Source of the DNA: Candidatus Latescibacterota bacterium
GTDB lineage: Bacteria; Latescibacterota; UBA2968; GCA-2709665
Direction of reading: 5' to 3'
Length of the DNA stretch: 64,000 nt
NCBI GenBank assembly: GCA_963662665.2
Contig: CAXXJS010000040.1
Coordinates: forward strand, 365,574-429,573
Shown: positions 1 through 9,520 of the stretch, piece by piece
How positions within the stretch are numbered: the stretch's first letter is position 1
Layout of the letters: each line of letters opens with the position of its first letter
The notes under the pieces: model-generated
Databases searched by the model: none
Seen by the model: the letters and a program-made list of their open reading frames with translations, nothing else
Told to the model about the DNA's origin: nothing
Program-made: the position numbers and the translations under genes

Positions 1-1
1 G

Positions 2-283
2 CCCCACGGACCGCGCCTTCCGATCGACCTCACGGTGAAGGGCCGGGGTAAAGTGCGAACGCTGGAATGGTCCGCGAACGTGGACGGGAACCCGGCGGTG
101 CGTTATCGTGTTCACGGGTGCCCCGAGCCCGGCGGATTCTCCGCGACGGATGAGAACCTGCTGGGCGACGTCGAAGAGGCCCGCTGGCCGCTGAATGGCG
201 TGGAGAAGGGCATGTCCTATCGTGTCGTGGCGGTGGACGCCGGCGGCGTCACGAGTACGCCGTCGGAATACATTACGGTGTGA
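2..283 (+). CDS. 3' end of a protein ending in a fibronectin type III-like domain (partial, starts upstream of window)
   Basis: Frame is open from the window edge: PRLPIDLTV...LEWS...VRYRVH...YRVVAVDAGG.TSTPSE, an FN3-like pattern. Confidence 0.65.
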   Translation, partial: PHGPRLPIDLTVKGRGKVRTLEWSANVDGNPAVRYRVHGCPEPGGFSATDENLLGDVEEARWPLNGVEKGMSYRVVAVDAGGVTSTPSEYITV

Positions 284-389
284 GCGCAATCCAACTTTCT
301 TGATGAAGACCGTTTCAGCGGGAATTCGGCCACAAGGGCCGGACGGAGCCCGGATGGGCTCTTTCAACGGGCTGATAAGGGAGAAACGT

Positions 390-1439
390 ATGTCCGGACG
401 CGAATACAGTGCGGTTATCGTGGGGCTGACGGGAATCGGGGCCAGACGTCCGGCGGAAGCGGAGGGTCTGCCGCTATACGGCGCGATGCCCATGTCGCAT
501 GCCTCGGCTTATTACCGGTGTCCTCAGACCCGTCTGACCGCCGTGTGCGACCTTCGCAAGGAGGCGCTGGACGGTTTCCGGGAGAATTGGAAAGACGTGT
601 GGCCGGAGATGCACTACTACGTCGATTATCGGGAGATGCTGGAAGCCGAAAGTCCCGATCTGGTGAGCGTCGCGACGTCCGACCACGTCCACGCCGATAT
701 CGTTGTGGCCGCGGCAGAGCGCGGTACGCCCGCGATTCTTTGCGAGAAACCCCTGGCAACAACGCTCGAAGACGCCGACCGAATGATTGCCGCGGCCGAA
801 GCAAACGGGACCATTCTTTCAGTCGACCACTCCCGCAGGTGGTACCCGCAGTACCTCAAGGCGCGTGAGATTATCAGAAGCGGGCAGATCGGACCGCTAC
901 GCACCATCGAGTGCGAGATGTTCGGCCTGCGATCGATGCTGTTTCGCAACGGGACCCACGCCCTGGATACGGTCTGCTTTTTCGCCGACGGAGACCCCCT
1001 TTGGCTGGTGGCGGACCTGGAGGACGGGTTCGAACATTTCACCGAGTATCAGGGAGGCGGAGGAAAGGATGCCGCGAGCGATCCGTATGCTTCGGCCTAT
1101 ATCCGGTTCGAGAACGGTGTCAGGGCTTTTTTCAACTCCTGCAAGACGGCTTTTTCCGGGTGGCGATTCGTTCTGACATGCGAAGACGGGCGTGTGGAAG
1201 CGACCGATACGTCTGCCAGGCTGATCCGCGGGACCCCGTTCGACACTTCCGAGATTGTCACAGAACACTACATGCTGCATTCCAAGGGCGCCCTGGTGGC
1301 GGAACTGGTGCATCTGCTGGAACACGGCGGAAACCCGGTGTCTCCCGCGAGGGAGGCGCGAAAGTCGCTGGAGATTATCCTGGGTATCCTGAAGTCGCAC
1401 CACGCGGGCAACGCCCGGGTCGACTTTCCACTGTCCTGA
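390..1439 (+). CDS. Gfo/Idh/MocA family NAD(P)-dependent oxidoreductase
   Basis: VIVGLTGIG Rossmann motif, DLVSVAT..H, CEKPLA, NGTHALD; ATG at 390 after AAGGGAG. Confidence 0.9.
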   Translation: MSGREYSAVIVGLTGIGARRPAEAEGLPLYGAMPMSHASAYYRCPQTRLTAVCDLRKEALDGFRENWKDVWPEMHYYVDYREMLEAESPDLVSVATSDHVHADIVVAAAERGTPAILCEKPLATTLEDADRMIAAAEANGTILSVDHSRRWYPQYLKAREIIRSGQIGPLRTIECEMFGLRSMLFRNGTHALDTVCFFADGDPLWLVADLEDGFEHFTEYQGGGGKDAASDPYASAYIRFENGVRAFFNSCKTAFSGWRFVLTCEDGRVEATDTSARLIRGTPFDTSEIVTEHYMLHSKGALVAELVHLLEHGGNPVSPAREARKSLEIILGILKSHHAGNARVDFPLS

Positions 1440-1451
1440 GGAGGACGCCTT

Positions 1452-2744
1452 ATGAAGATTGTCGATCCGGATGCTGTCTGGGACGTGCGCCCGTGGGGGT
1501 GTCCGGCTTTCACCGTGCAGGACTTCAACGGCGATGGAAAGAACGAAGTCCTGTTCGTGCAGAACGCGGGCGCGCATGCCAACGAAGCGTTCGATCCGCG
1601 TTTTCCTGAGGTACAGGGGTACAAGACCGGCGTGGAAGAACAGGAGCTTTTCTGTCTGACCCTTACCGACGGGGCGGGACAGATTCTATGGCAGGTGGGA
1701 GAACCGTGGGGGCTCGACAGACCGTTCTCGTGGAACGGAAGCAATTTCTGCCAGGTGGTGGATCTGGACGGGGACGGACAGGTCGAGATAATGCTCATCC
1801 ACAAATCCGAGTTGATGGTGTACAAAGGGGCCACCGGTGAGTTGCGAAGCACGCACAGGCTGCCCCATTCGGGTTTTTATTACGCCCGAGCGGTCCGGAC
1901 CGATCGCTCAGGCAGGTATCACATCTTCACGAAGAGCGTGACCACCTCGGCCACTCACGGCTACGGGAATCCTTCTCTCCTGCTGGACCACAACTTCAAC
2001 GTGGTATGGGAGGTGGAGGTGGACGGCGCCGGCCATGGCGGCAATTACGCCGACGTGGACGGCGACGGGCTGGACGAACTCCTGATCGGCTTCAGCCTGT
2101 TCGACCACGACGGCGGCCCCCTGTGGTCGCATCCCCCCATGTCCGAAAACGATCATCTGGACGATTCTGTGATTGCCGATATAGACGACGACGGACGGCT
2201 CGAATTCGCCCTTGCCCACGACGGGCACGATGCGGTCGTACACAATTCGGACGGAACGGTGCGGTTCACCGTTCCGATGCATCATTGCCAGAACATCCTG
2301 CCGGGAAGATTCTTCGAGGACGAAACCGGGCTGCAACTGGCCTTTGTGGACAAGGCGATGGGACGTGCGGAGGAACGGGAGGCCGCAATCGTCAATTCCG
2401 GCGGCCGCGAGTTGTCCAGGCATCGGACGATGGGCTATTATTCGGTCATTTCCTGGGCGACCGATCTGGGCAGAGACAGCCTGATGCGCCTGGAATGGCC
2501 GGCCCGATCCAGCGCCGAACACCGCGTGTTGTGGGTGGACCCCACGGGAAGGGAACTCGCGCGGCTGAAAGTCAGAGTGAATTTCCACGACCGGTTTCAG
2601 AAGTTCGGTCTCGAGTCATTTCCCGCCGGGGGCCGTTATTTCGGGACGTGCCATAACTCCGCCATCGGAGACCTCGACGGAGATGGACACGACGAGTTCC
2701 TGGTAACGGATCGTGAGAAGGTATGGGTTTTCAAGAAGCCATGA
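1452..2744 (+). CDS. FG-GAP/VCBS-repeat beta-propeller protein, distantly rhamnogalacturonan lyase (PL11)-like
   Basis: Five DxD/NG/DDG calcium-blade motifs (DFNGDGKNE, DLDGDGQVE, DVDGDGLDE, DIDDDGRLE, DLDGDGHDE); GAGGAGG RBS; no signal peptide. Confidence 0.7.
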   Translation: MKIVDPDAVWDVRPWGCPAFTVQDFNGDGKNEVLFVQNAGAHANEAFDPRFPEVQGYKTGVEEQELFCLTLTDGAGQILWQVGEPWGLDRPFSWNGSNFCQVVDLDGDGQVEIMLIHKSELMVYKGATGELRSTHRLPHSGFYYARAVRTDRSGRYHIFTKSVTTSATHGYGNPSLLLDHNFNVVWEVEVDGAGHGGNYADVDGDGLDELLIGFSLFDHDGGPLWSHPPMSENDHLDDSVIADIDDDGRLEFALAHDGHDAVVHNSDGTVRFTVPMHHCQNILPGRFFEDETGLQLAFVDKAMGRAEEREAAIVNSGGRELSRHRTMGYYSVISWATDLGRDSLMRLEWPARSSAEHRVLWVDPTGRELARLKVRVNFHDRFQKFGLESFPAGGRYFGTCHNSAIGDLDGDGHDEFLVTDREKVWVFKKP

Positions 2745-4150
2745 CGCCCGAAGCCATTCTTAACAGGGTCTGCGATTCGATCGACGTGCTGGTTGAGTTG
2801 GGAAAGCCCTACAGTGGTCTGTTTCCGTCCATGCTGGATCTGGAAACGCATCGGATGTTGACGGAACTGCCGCCGCCGATTCACGGACAGCGGATGGGCG
2901 ACCGCGCTTTCCTTGGCAGCAATCTCATGCACGACCAGCACGTGCTCAAGATCATGTACACCCTGGACCGTGACGGTTACCGGGATGCAGCTGACAGGTA
3001 CCTGCACCGGTTCGCGACCCATTGCACGGATACGGTTACCGGCCTGTTCCCGTGGGGGGAGCACGCGTACTGGCACCTCGTAGAGGACCGGGTGGGCGAC
3101 AGCCACCGCCTGGCCGATCCCGATAAGCCGCCGGGTACGACGCTGCACGACCATCTGCGGCAGTCGCCCGTCTGGCTGTGGGAAAAGCTGTATGCGTTCA
3201 ACCCCCGGTGCGTCGAGCGGTTTGCCGAAGGGCTGGACTATCACTATAAGGACGGAGCGCCCAGGGAATACATCCGGCACGCCCACGTCGAGCGCAGAGA
3301 GCGGCTGGACCGGGGACCGGAGTCCACGGATTTTCCCCGTCACGGCGGGTTTTACATTCTGGACTGGGCGTTCGCCTGCGTGAAGACGAGACGCGGGGAT
3401 TTTCTGAGACAGATCCGCACCATGCTGGACTACTGGTGGCCCCACCGGGACGCGTCCGGCCTGTTGCTGTCCAAGACGAGGTGTCCTGAAGCGTCGGCGC
3501 TGATGCACAACGTGAACACCCCCCCGCAGACGGTTTCACTCGCGGCCAGCCTGCTGGAGGCCGCTGAACTGCTCAATGGAAATGCGCCGGAGCTGATCGA
3601 CCTTATGCGGAGGCGAGCCGGTGTGTATATCGAAGGCTTTCTGTCGGCCCCTCACGATCCGGACGCGGGCGTCTTCGTGGCAGCATGCCGGCGTGAAACG
3701 AATGAAGTGGTGAGCACGAACCCCGTCTGGGGAAGCATCTATGGGAACTGGCCGCTGGCTTACGTGGCGCTGATCGCCCTGTGCATCTACAGGATGACGG
3801 AGGACGAACGGCTGCTGAATTGGGCGGAAAATGCCGGGCGCTGGTATCTGAAATCCCACTTCCCCGAAGGCGTACCGGTCCCGGCGATGGATGCCGGGCT
3901 GGGGCTCGAGTTGCTCGCGGACCTCTACGATCTCACCGGCGACACATTCTGGCTGGAACGCGGTCTGGAGTTGGCCCGGACGATGGTCCCCATTTATATG
4001 GACGGGGGTCTCGTGCGGGGCGCGGCGGGTATCGATTGGTACGAGTCCCAGATGGTTCCGGGGGACCTGCTGCACGGCATGGCGAGGCTGGCGTTGCTCG
4101 CCATACACGGGGATGCGTGTCCTCTGACAACGAACTATACCGCGAAGTGA
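2741..4150 (+). CDS. Alpha/alpha-toroid protein, possible distant PL2 pectate lyase relative
   Basis: SNLMHDQ...YRDAADRYL...GLFPWGEHAYW and LYRMTEDERLL / LYDLTGDTFWL helical repeats; ATGA overlap with upstream gene. Confidence 0.55.
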   Translation: MTPEAILNRVCDSIDVLVELGKPYSGLFPSMLDLETHRMLTELPPPIHGQRMGDRAFLGSNLMHDQHVLKIMYTLDRDGYRDAADRYLHRFATHCTDTVTGLFPWGEHAYWHLVEDRVGDSHRLADPDKPPGTTLHDHLRQSPVWLWEKLYAFNPRCVERFAEGLDYHYKDGAPREYIRHAHVERRERLDRGPESTDFPRHGGFYILDWAFACVKTRRGDFLRQIRTMLDYWWPHRDASGLLLSKTRCPEASALMHNVNTPPQTVSLAASLLEAAELLNGNAPELIDLMRRRAGVYIEGFLSAPHDPDAGVFVAACRRETNEVVSTNPVWGSIYGNWPLAYVALIALCIYRMTEDERLLNWAENAGRWYLKSHFPEGVPVPAMDAGLGLELLADLYDLTGDTFWLERGLELARTMVPIYMDGGLVRGAAGIDWYESQMVPGDLLHGMARLALLAIHGDACPLTTNYTAK

Positions 4151-4158
4151 GGTGATTC

Positions 4159-5208
4159 GTGCGTGGAAAGACGTTCAAGCTGTGGGCGGGAGGGGACGCG
4201 CACGTGGGCACGGACCTGGCGGCGGGCAATCGCCGCAGCCTGGCCGAGGCGATCATGCAGGCCGAAAAGGGCGGCGCGGACGGCGGGCCGCCGTTCGAGT
4301 GGGACATCATGCTGGATGTTGGAGACCTGTCGGGATCACAGACGCCGCCGGACGACGAGGAAGGAGAAGAGGTCGTCAGTCAGTACAGCGTGTCGACCCT
4401 TCATCCCCGCGAAGACTTCTACAATATCGTGGGCAACCACGACGCGAGCGGTCCGGGCGAGCCGCGCCAGTGGTGGTTCCGGAAATGGGTGGATCCAACC
4501 GGCGAGAATACCGGGTATTCCAACGTCCACGCCGGCAGGCGGCCGTATCCGATCGAAGGGACCTGGGAACGGTATTCGTTTCAGGTTGGGAATATCCTGT
4601 TTCTCGCGATGGGAGACCGGAACGACGGCGGGCCGCCGGTTGGGCGGGCTGCCAGAGGCGGGTTTCCGGCCGGCGCGGTGACGCCCGAGACGTTTGAATG
4701 GTGGAAAGAGAAAGTGGAAGCAAACCAGGACAAGATCATTGTGACGGCGCACCATCACATGTTGAAGAACACAACGGTGGCGTCCGGACCCTGGGAGGGC
4801 GTTGACGGCGGATATCACGGCCGGTTCGAAGACGGCGCGCCCATCGGCGCGTCCTACCTTTATTTCGTAGGGAAAACACCGGATGCCGGGGTATTCGAGT
4901 CCTACCTTGAAGCGCATCCGGGTGCGATCGACCTCTGGCTGGGCGGTCATACCCACACGAATCCGGACGACACCCACGGCGGGCGGTCTCACGTGGAGCT
5001 GAAATGGGGCGTGACCTTTGTCAACGTGGCGGCGATTTCCAGATATCATGGTAAGAGGAACATCTCGATGAGCAGGCTGCTGACGTTCACGGAAGGAACG
5101 TCGGAGGCCAATATCAGGTGCTATCTTCATATGAGCGATTACTCGGCCCAGGGTTGGTACGACAGCGCGGAACGGACGGCGCCGCTTCGGGCGGCATTCT
5201 CATATTGA
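4159..5208 (+). CDS. Calcineurin-like metallophosphoesterase
   Basis: Motifs GDAHVG, DVGD, GNHD, HHH, GHTH in canonical order; GTG start after GAGGTG. Confidence 0.85.
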   Translation: MRGKTFKLWAGGDAHVGTDLAAGNRRSLAEAIMQAEKGGADGGPPFEWDIMLDVGDLSGSQTPPDDEEGEEVVSQYSVSTLHPREDFYNIVGNHDASGPGEPRQWWFRKWVDPTGENTGYSNVHAGRRPYPIEGTWERYSFQVGNILFLAMGDRNDGGPPVGRAARGGFPAGAVTPETFEWWKEKVEANQDKIIVTAHHHMLKNTTVASGPWEGVDGGYHGRFEDGAPIGASYLYFVGKTPDAGVFESYLEAHPGAIDLWLGGHTHTNPDDTHGGRSHVELKWGVTFVNVAAISRYHGKRNISMSRLLTFTEGTSEANIRCYLHMSDYSAQGWYDSAERTAPLRAAFSY

Positions 5209-5311
5209 AGGGCGCACCGCGCACAGGGTCGGCCGGTGGATGCACGCAGTGGCGCATTGCCGGACCCATTTAACCGATAAGGACGGCTGGTATCGGCGGG
5301 CGGAGCGAAAG

Positions 5312-6277
5312 ATGAAGACATTCGAGATCGACGGAAGGGACAAGCGGGGACCCATCCGGCTGAAGATAGAGGTCGACAACCCCTTCGAAGGCGGCGGACG
5401 GTGGTTACGGGGCGGTCTGCATTCCCACGTGGCGCAGATGGGCGAGTCGCGCGAAGTTTGCGAGCACTACAGGAACCTGGGGTTCGATTTTCTTGCGACA
5501 ACCGACTATCTCAGTATCACGCCAATGCCGGATGCAACGGAAGCCTTCGTGACCGTGCCCGGAGCAGAGGTTTTCTGCCCCGAAGGGGACGATCTGACCC
5601 ACATTATCTGCCTGGGCCTGCGGCATCTGCCCCGGCCCCTGGACGGCACCCTGGAAGACGTCTCCCGCCTGGTTCGGGACACCGGGGCGCAGGGCGGGCT
5701 GGCGGTAATGGCCCACCCCGCCTGGAGCGACTATTCCTGGGAGAAAGCCTATGCCCTGGCGAGGTCCGGCGTCATCGGGCTGGAGGTGAGCAACCGGCTG
5801 ACCTGGCAGATCAACGGCAAGGAGCGTTCCGAGGAACTCTGGCAGATGCTCATTAACGCCGGGGTCCGCCTGGCCGCAATTGGCGTGGACGATGCGATTG
5901 TGCTGAAGGATGCGGACGTGACGGGGCGGACCTGGACAGGAGTGCTCGTGCGGCAACCGGGGGTCGAGGGAATTCTGGAGGGAATTCGCGCACACCGGAC
6001 CTACGCCAGCGAGGGGCCTGAGATTCGCGAATTCCGCATTGAGACGCGGGGAGCGGTCGTGGTGGAATGCAGCCCATGCACGGCGTGTCACATCCGGTCG
6101 AAGGGGTTCGGCGTCCGCAGCGTCCAGGCTGCGGCGCCTTCGAAACGGTTCGAGGTGGACCTGACCGTGGACGGTTACCGATTGCGGGACTGGGTATTCG
6201 CTTGTGTGGAGGACGAATGCGGGCGCCGGGCATGGACCAGCGCCATACCCGTCCGCGTTGAAAAGACAACCCTTTAA
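5312..6277 (+). CDS. PHP-domain (CehA/McbA-like) metallohydrolase
   Basis: WLRGGLHSH, ATTDY, PGAE, MAHP.W, GLEVSN, GVDDA, TYASEGP; start codon uncertain (5240 or 5312). Confidence 0.75.
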   Translation: MKTFEIDGRDKRGPIRLKIEVDNPFEGGGRWLRGGLHSHVAQMGESREVCEHYRNLGFDFLATTDYLSITPMPDATEAFVTVPGAEVFCPEGDDLTHIICLGLRHLPRPLDGTLEDVSRLVRDTGAQGGLAVMAHPAWSDYSWEKAYALARSGVIGLEVSNRLTWQINGKERSEELWQMLINAGVRLAAIGVDDAIVLKDADVTGRTWTGVLVRQPGVEGILEGIRAHRTYASEGPEIREFRIETRGAVVVECSPCTACHIRSKGFGVRSVQAAAPSKRFEVDLTVDGYRLRDWVFACVEDECGRRAWTSAIPVRVEKTTL

Positions 6278-6490
6278 CCTTGATTCGTAATTCTTCGGGG
6301 AAGTAAAACCGAATATATGCAAGTAGATAAAGGCGATTTGACTTCGGATTACCAGGATACACCAGGTCACTGGACATTAACTGAAAAAACGTCCTTTTTG
6401 ACGACCGTTACGCCCCGTTTCAGGGGCTTTCGTCGCGTCGCCGAGTTGCTGTTTTTTTGAATTCGGGCGAATTTTACGGAAAGGGTAAGG

Positions 6491-8506
6491 ATGAAAAGGA
6501 CCATTCGAAGGACCGCGATGCTGCACTTTGAGAAGGCGAGCTATTCCCGGGACTACGTGAAATGGGTCGGTGAGGAGGGGTTTACGGACATCGGACTGGG
6601 GCTGAAGCCCGACGACGACAAATTCTCGGGGCAGGGATACGTCTGGGAAAAGGTGTCCCGGTTGGCGGCGTGGGCCGGGGAATTCGGGCTCGGTGTGATC
6701 GTGTTTACGGGATACATGAAATACCGTGAGACCTTCCTGCGGACCCACCCCGAACGCAGCCTGGTGTGCATCGGTGGAAGCGGTACGGCCCTGGACAGCG
6801 ACAACATTGTGAGGACCCGGTGGCTGTGCCCGTTCCAACCCGAAAACAAGGCCGAGTACGTGGATCTGATTCACAAGGTGATCGGGTTGCCGTCGCTGCG
6901 GGAAATTCATCTGAACGACGAGGCGGAAATCGGATTCTCGAATGGAGACGTGGGCTGCTATTGCGACCACTGTGTTGCGGAATACGAACGCGATTCCGGC
7001 GAACCGCCGCCCCGGGAGGTCGATTGGGCATCTCCGGCCTGGTGGCGGTGGGTGCAGCACCGGATGGAGGCATGGACCGCCGTTCACGCCTATTTTCGCG
7101 AGGAAATCAAGAAGGTGCGGCCCGACGTCGTCGTGGGCATACAGCATTCGCCGAAGGTGGTGACCTTTAACGACAACCCCTGGCTGTCCGGCATCGATCT
7201 GTCGCGCGACGCGGAGGCGATGGACGTACTGTGCACCGACCCGTACCACCACATTCACTATTCCCATTTTACCTATCGTCCCATGCGCCGTATTCAGGCG
7301 GAGGCGACCCGCGCGCTGGCCGGTGCGACCGTGGGGCGTTCCCTGTTTATCTATCCCCAGGGTTTCATGCCGCCGTCCGGAAGCCTGGAACTGACGAGCA
7401 GGGACGGTTTTATGGCGGGATCCGTTCCCTTCGCGCTGGGCGCGGAGAATATCTCGCCCTATACGTTCGATCTTTGCCAGATCATTCCGGGTTACTACGA
7501 CGGGCTGAAGGAGGCCTCGCGGCTGATTCCCTATTTTGAGAAGACCCGCCCCTATAGCGCCGCCACGTTGATCAAGCCTTCCCAGACGGAAATCTACGGG
7601 TATCCCGAGAAACGCTGGGGACGGGAGGTCCTGGCGATATGGCCGGACGTGATGAACCAGGTGGGTCTGCCCTGGCGATGGGTCTTCGACGGGCGGCTTA
7701 CGGACGCGGAAGACGCGCTGAGCGGCCCGGTGATTCTGCCGGAGACCCACTGTCTGACGCGAGAACAGTGCGACGTACTGAACGCGCATGCGAAGGGTGG
7801 CAACGGATTGCTCCGGGTGGGCAGGACGCCGTCTGGAGACTGGTCCGGCGAAGGCGCTCTTCCGCCGCCTTCCGGCGCCGAGGCGGGGCTCTCGGAATTG
7901 ACGCCGGTCGTCTCCGGTCACCCGCTGCTCGAGGGTATCGATACGCCAATAATGCTGGGATCGGCATTCCTGGAACCGGGCCTGGAGGGAGAAACGATTG
8001 CCGAAATTGACGGTCGTCCGGCGCTCATTGGGCACGAGTCCTCGGGCGGTCGGGAGGTCTGGCTGGCTGGAACGCCCCTGTTCAACTACGTGGAACCCGG
8101 CGATCACGGAGCGGTCCGGACGCCCACGGGCGGGATGACGCTGCTGAGGAACGCGCTGTCCTGGTTGTCCGCGGAAGCGCCCGCGGCCAGGCTCTGGCCC
8201 TATCCCCCCAGGAACGACTATGGAGACCTGCGCCCGTGGGACAGGCGGGACGTGCCGACGATGGAGATGTTTCCGATGCTCGGTGACGGGTGTCTCGTCT
8301 GCCTGATTTTCAACTATCTCGGTCTTGCATACGAGACCAATCTGGAGATGCGGGTACCCGAAGGTACGGCGGCCACGACGCTGGTGGATATTTTCTCCGG
8401 CGAGGATATGATGGTCTCGGCGGCGGTTGACGGGCAGATCGTCCGGATGCCCGTCAAGATGCCCGGCGACCGGGAATTCCTGGCGGTTGAACTACAATGG
8501 GAGTAA
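6491..8506 (+). CDS. GH42-like TIM barrel plus trimerisation (GATase-like) domain protein, paralog 1
   Basis: WLCPF, EIHLNDE, CYCDHC zinc cluster, TDPY, PVILPETHCL; clearly paralogous to 32536 and 57092. Confidence 0.65.
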   Translation: MKRTIRRTAMLHFEKASYSRDYVKWVGEEGFTDIGLGLKPDDDKFSGQGYVWEKVSRLAAWAGEFGLGVIVFTGYMKYRETFLRTHPERSLVCIGGSGTALDSDNIVRTRWLCPFQPENKAEYVDLIHKVIGLPSLREIHLNDEAEIGFSNGDVGCYCDHCVAEYERDSGEPPPREVDWASPAWWRWVQHRMEAWTAVHAYFREEIKKVRPDVVVGIQHSPKVVTFNDNPWLSGIDLSRDAEAMDVLCTDPYHHIHYSHFTYRPMRRIQAEATRALAGATVGRSLFIYPQGFMPPSGSLELTSRDGFMAGSVPFALGAENISPYTFDLCQIIPGYYDGLKEASRLIPYFEKTRPYSAATLIKPSQTEIYGYPEKRWGREVLAIWPDVMNQVGLPWRWVFDGRLTDAEDALSGPVILPETHCLTREQCDVLNAHAKGGNGLLRVGRTPSGDWSGEGALPPPSGAEAGLSELTPVVSGHPLLEGIDTPIMLGSAFLEPGLEGETIAEIDGRPALIGHESSGGREVWLAGTPLFNYVEPGDHGAVRTPTGGMTLLRNALSWLSAEAPAARLWPYPPRNDYGDLRPWDRRDVPTMEMFPMLGDGCLVCLIFNYLGLAYETNLEMRVPEGTAATTLVDIFSGEDMMVSAAVDGQIVRMPVKMPGDREFLAVELQWE

Positions 8507-8529
8507 CGGTTCCGCAGATGCGTGACAAG

Positions 8530-8554
8530 GTAGCGCAAACTGGCAGTTTGCGGC
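8530..8554. repeat. REP-like palindrome, class A
   Basis: GTAG-CGCAAACTG-G-CAGTTTGCG; copies at 19927, 25412 and 55152. Confidence 0.75.
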
Positions 8555-8596
8555 GAAGTCTTACTGTAAGCCCCAAAACCATGGAGGAACCGAGCG

Positions 8597-9442
8597 ATGT
8601 CCGAACGAGCCGACGCGCATATTCATCTGTTCGAGGGAGGCTACCAGGAATCCTTTATGAAGCGGCTGGGCGGGCCAGTGGATGAAGCCGTCGTCTACGC
8701 ATCGCTGGCGAGGGACCACGGGGTGAAGGCCGCGCTTATCGTCGGATACGCGGACGTTCCGTGGGCCGCGGAGAATACAGGATATCTGACACAGATGGCA
8801 AAACAGTACGACTGGGTCCATCCCGCTGCCTATTTCGATGCGGCCGAACCGCCGACGACGGACGAGTTGACGCGATTGCAGGCAGACGGATTCGTAGGCG
8901 TGAGCTTTTACATATTCGGACAGGAACGCGTGGACGCGCTCCTGCGCATATCGGACGAGGTCTGGAACTGGCTGGTCTCGAAGCGCTGGCTCGTAAGTGT
9001 CAATTCAAAGGGGGACGACTGGAATGCCTGGCAGGAGGTCCTCACGCGCCATCCTGAGTTGCGCCTCGTCGTGTCCCATCTGGGCCTGCCGCCGAAGCAG
9101 GCGGAAGCGCCCGGCGCTGACGGGGCGAGGTCCGCGATGGCCAGCGTACTGGCGCTTGCCGGGTTTCCGAAGACGCAGGTGAAGCTGAGCGGATTTTACG
9201 CATTGACCGATCCGGGCCACGACTATCCGCACCGCGCGGCCTGGCCGTACGTGGAGGCGTTGCTGGACGCCTACGGCGTTGAACGGCTGCTCTGGGCGTC
9301 GGATTATTCGCCCTGCCTGGACTGCCTGACGTTTCCGCAGACGTACGACCTGTTTTCGAAGATGCCGTTCCTGAACGACGCGGGCCGGGAGCGGATCGAA
9401 GGGGCCAATCTTCTGGCATTGCTCGACGAGGTCAAAGGGTAA
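8597..9442 (+). CDS. Amidohydrolase_2 family protein (sugar lactonase-like)
   Basis: DAHIH, VVSHLG, VKLSG, LLWASDY, IEGANL; GGAGG RBS. Confidence 0.85.
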   Translation: MSERADAHIHLFEGGYQESFMKRLGGPVDEAVVYASLARDHGVKAALIVGYADVPWAAENTGYLTQMAKQYDWVHPAAYFDAAEPPTTDELTRLQADGFVGVSFYIFGQERVDALLRISDEVWNWLVSKRWLVSVNSKGDDWNAWQEVLTRHPELRLVVSHLGLPPKQAEAPGADGARSAMASVLALAGFPKTQVKLSGFYALTDPGHDYPHRAAWPYVEALLDAYGVERLLWASDYSPCLDCLTFPQTYDLFSKMPFLNDAGRERIEGANLLALLDEVKG

Positions 9443-9520
9443 GCCGAGCTTCATGTTGGGAAGTTTACAGAAACGGCGAATTTGCCGGCGGATTCCGAAC
9501 ACAGCCCCGGAGGTCTTGAA

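Noticed and set aside
6278-6490. Possible riboswitch in the leader of 6491
   Set aside because: One modest hairpin but no aptamer consensus I can recognise
6377-8107. Long minus-strand ORFs (also 9005-10495, 31924-33729, 35750-37291, 38315-39811, 40308-41873)
   Set aside because: Antisense shadows of GC3-rich plus-strand genes with no recognisable motifs; the similarity between two of them just mirrors the sense paralogs
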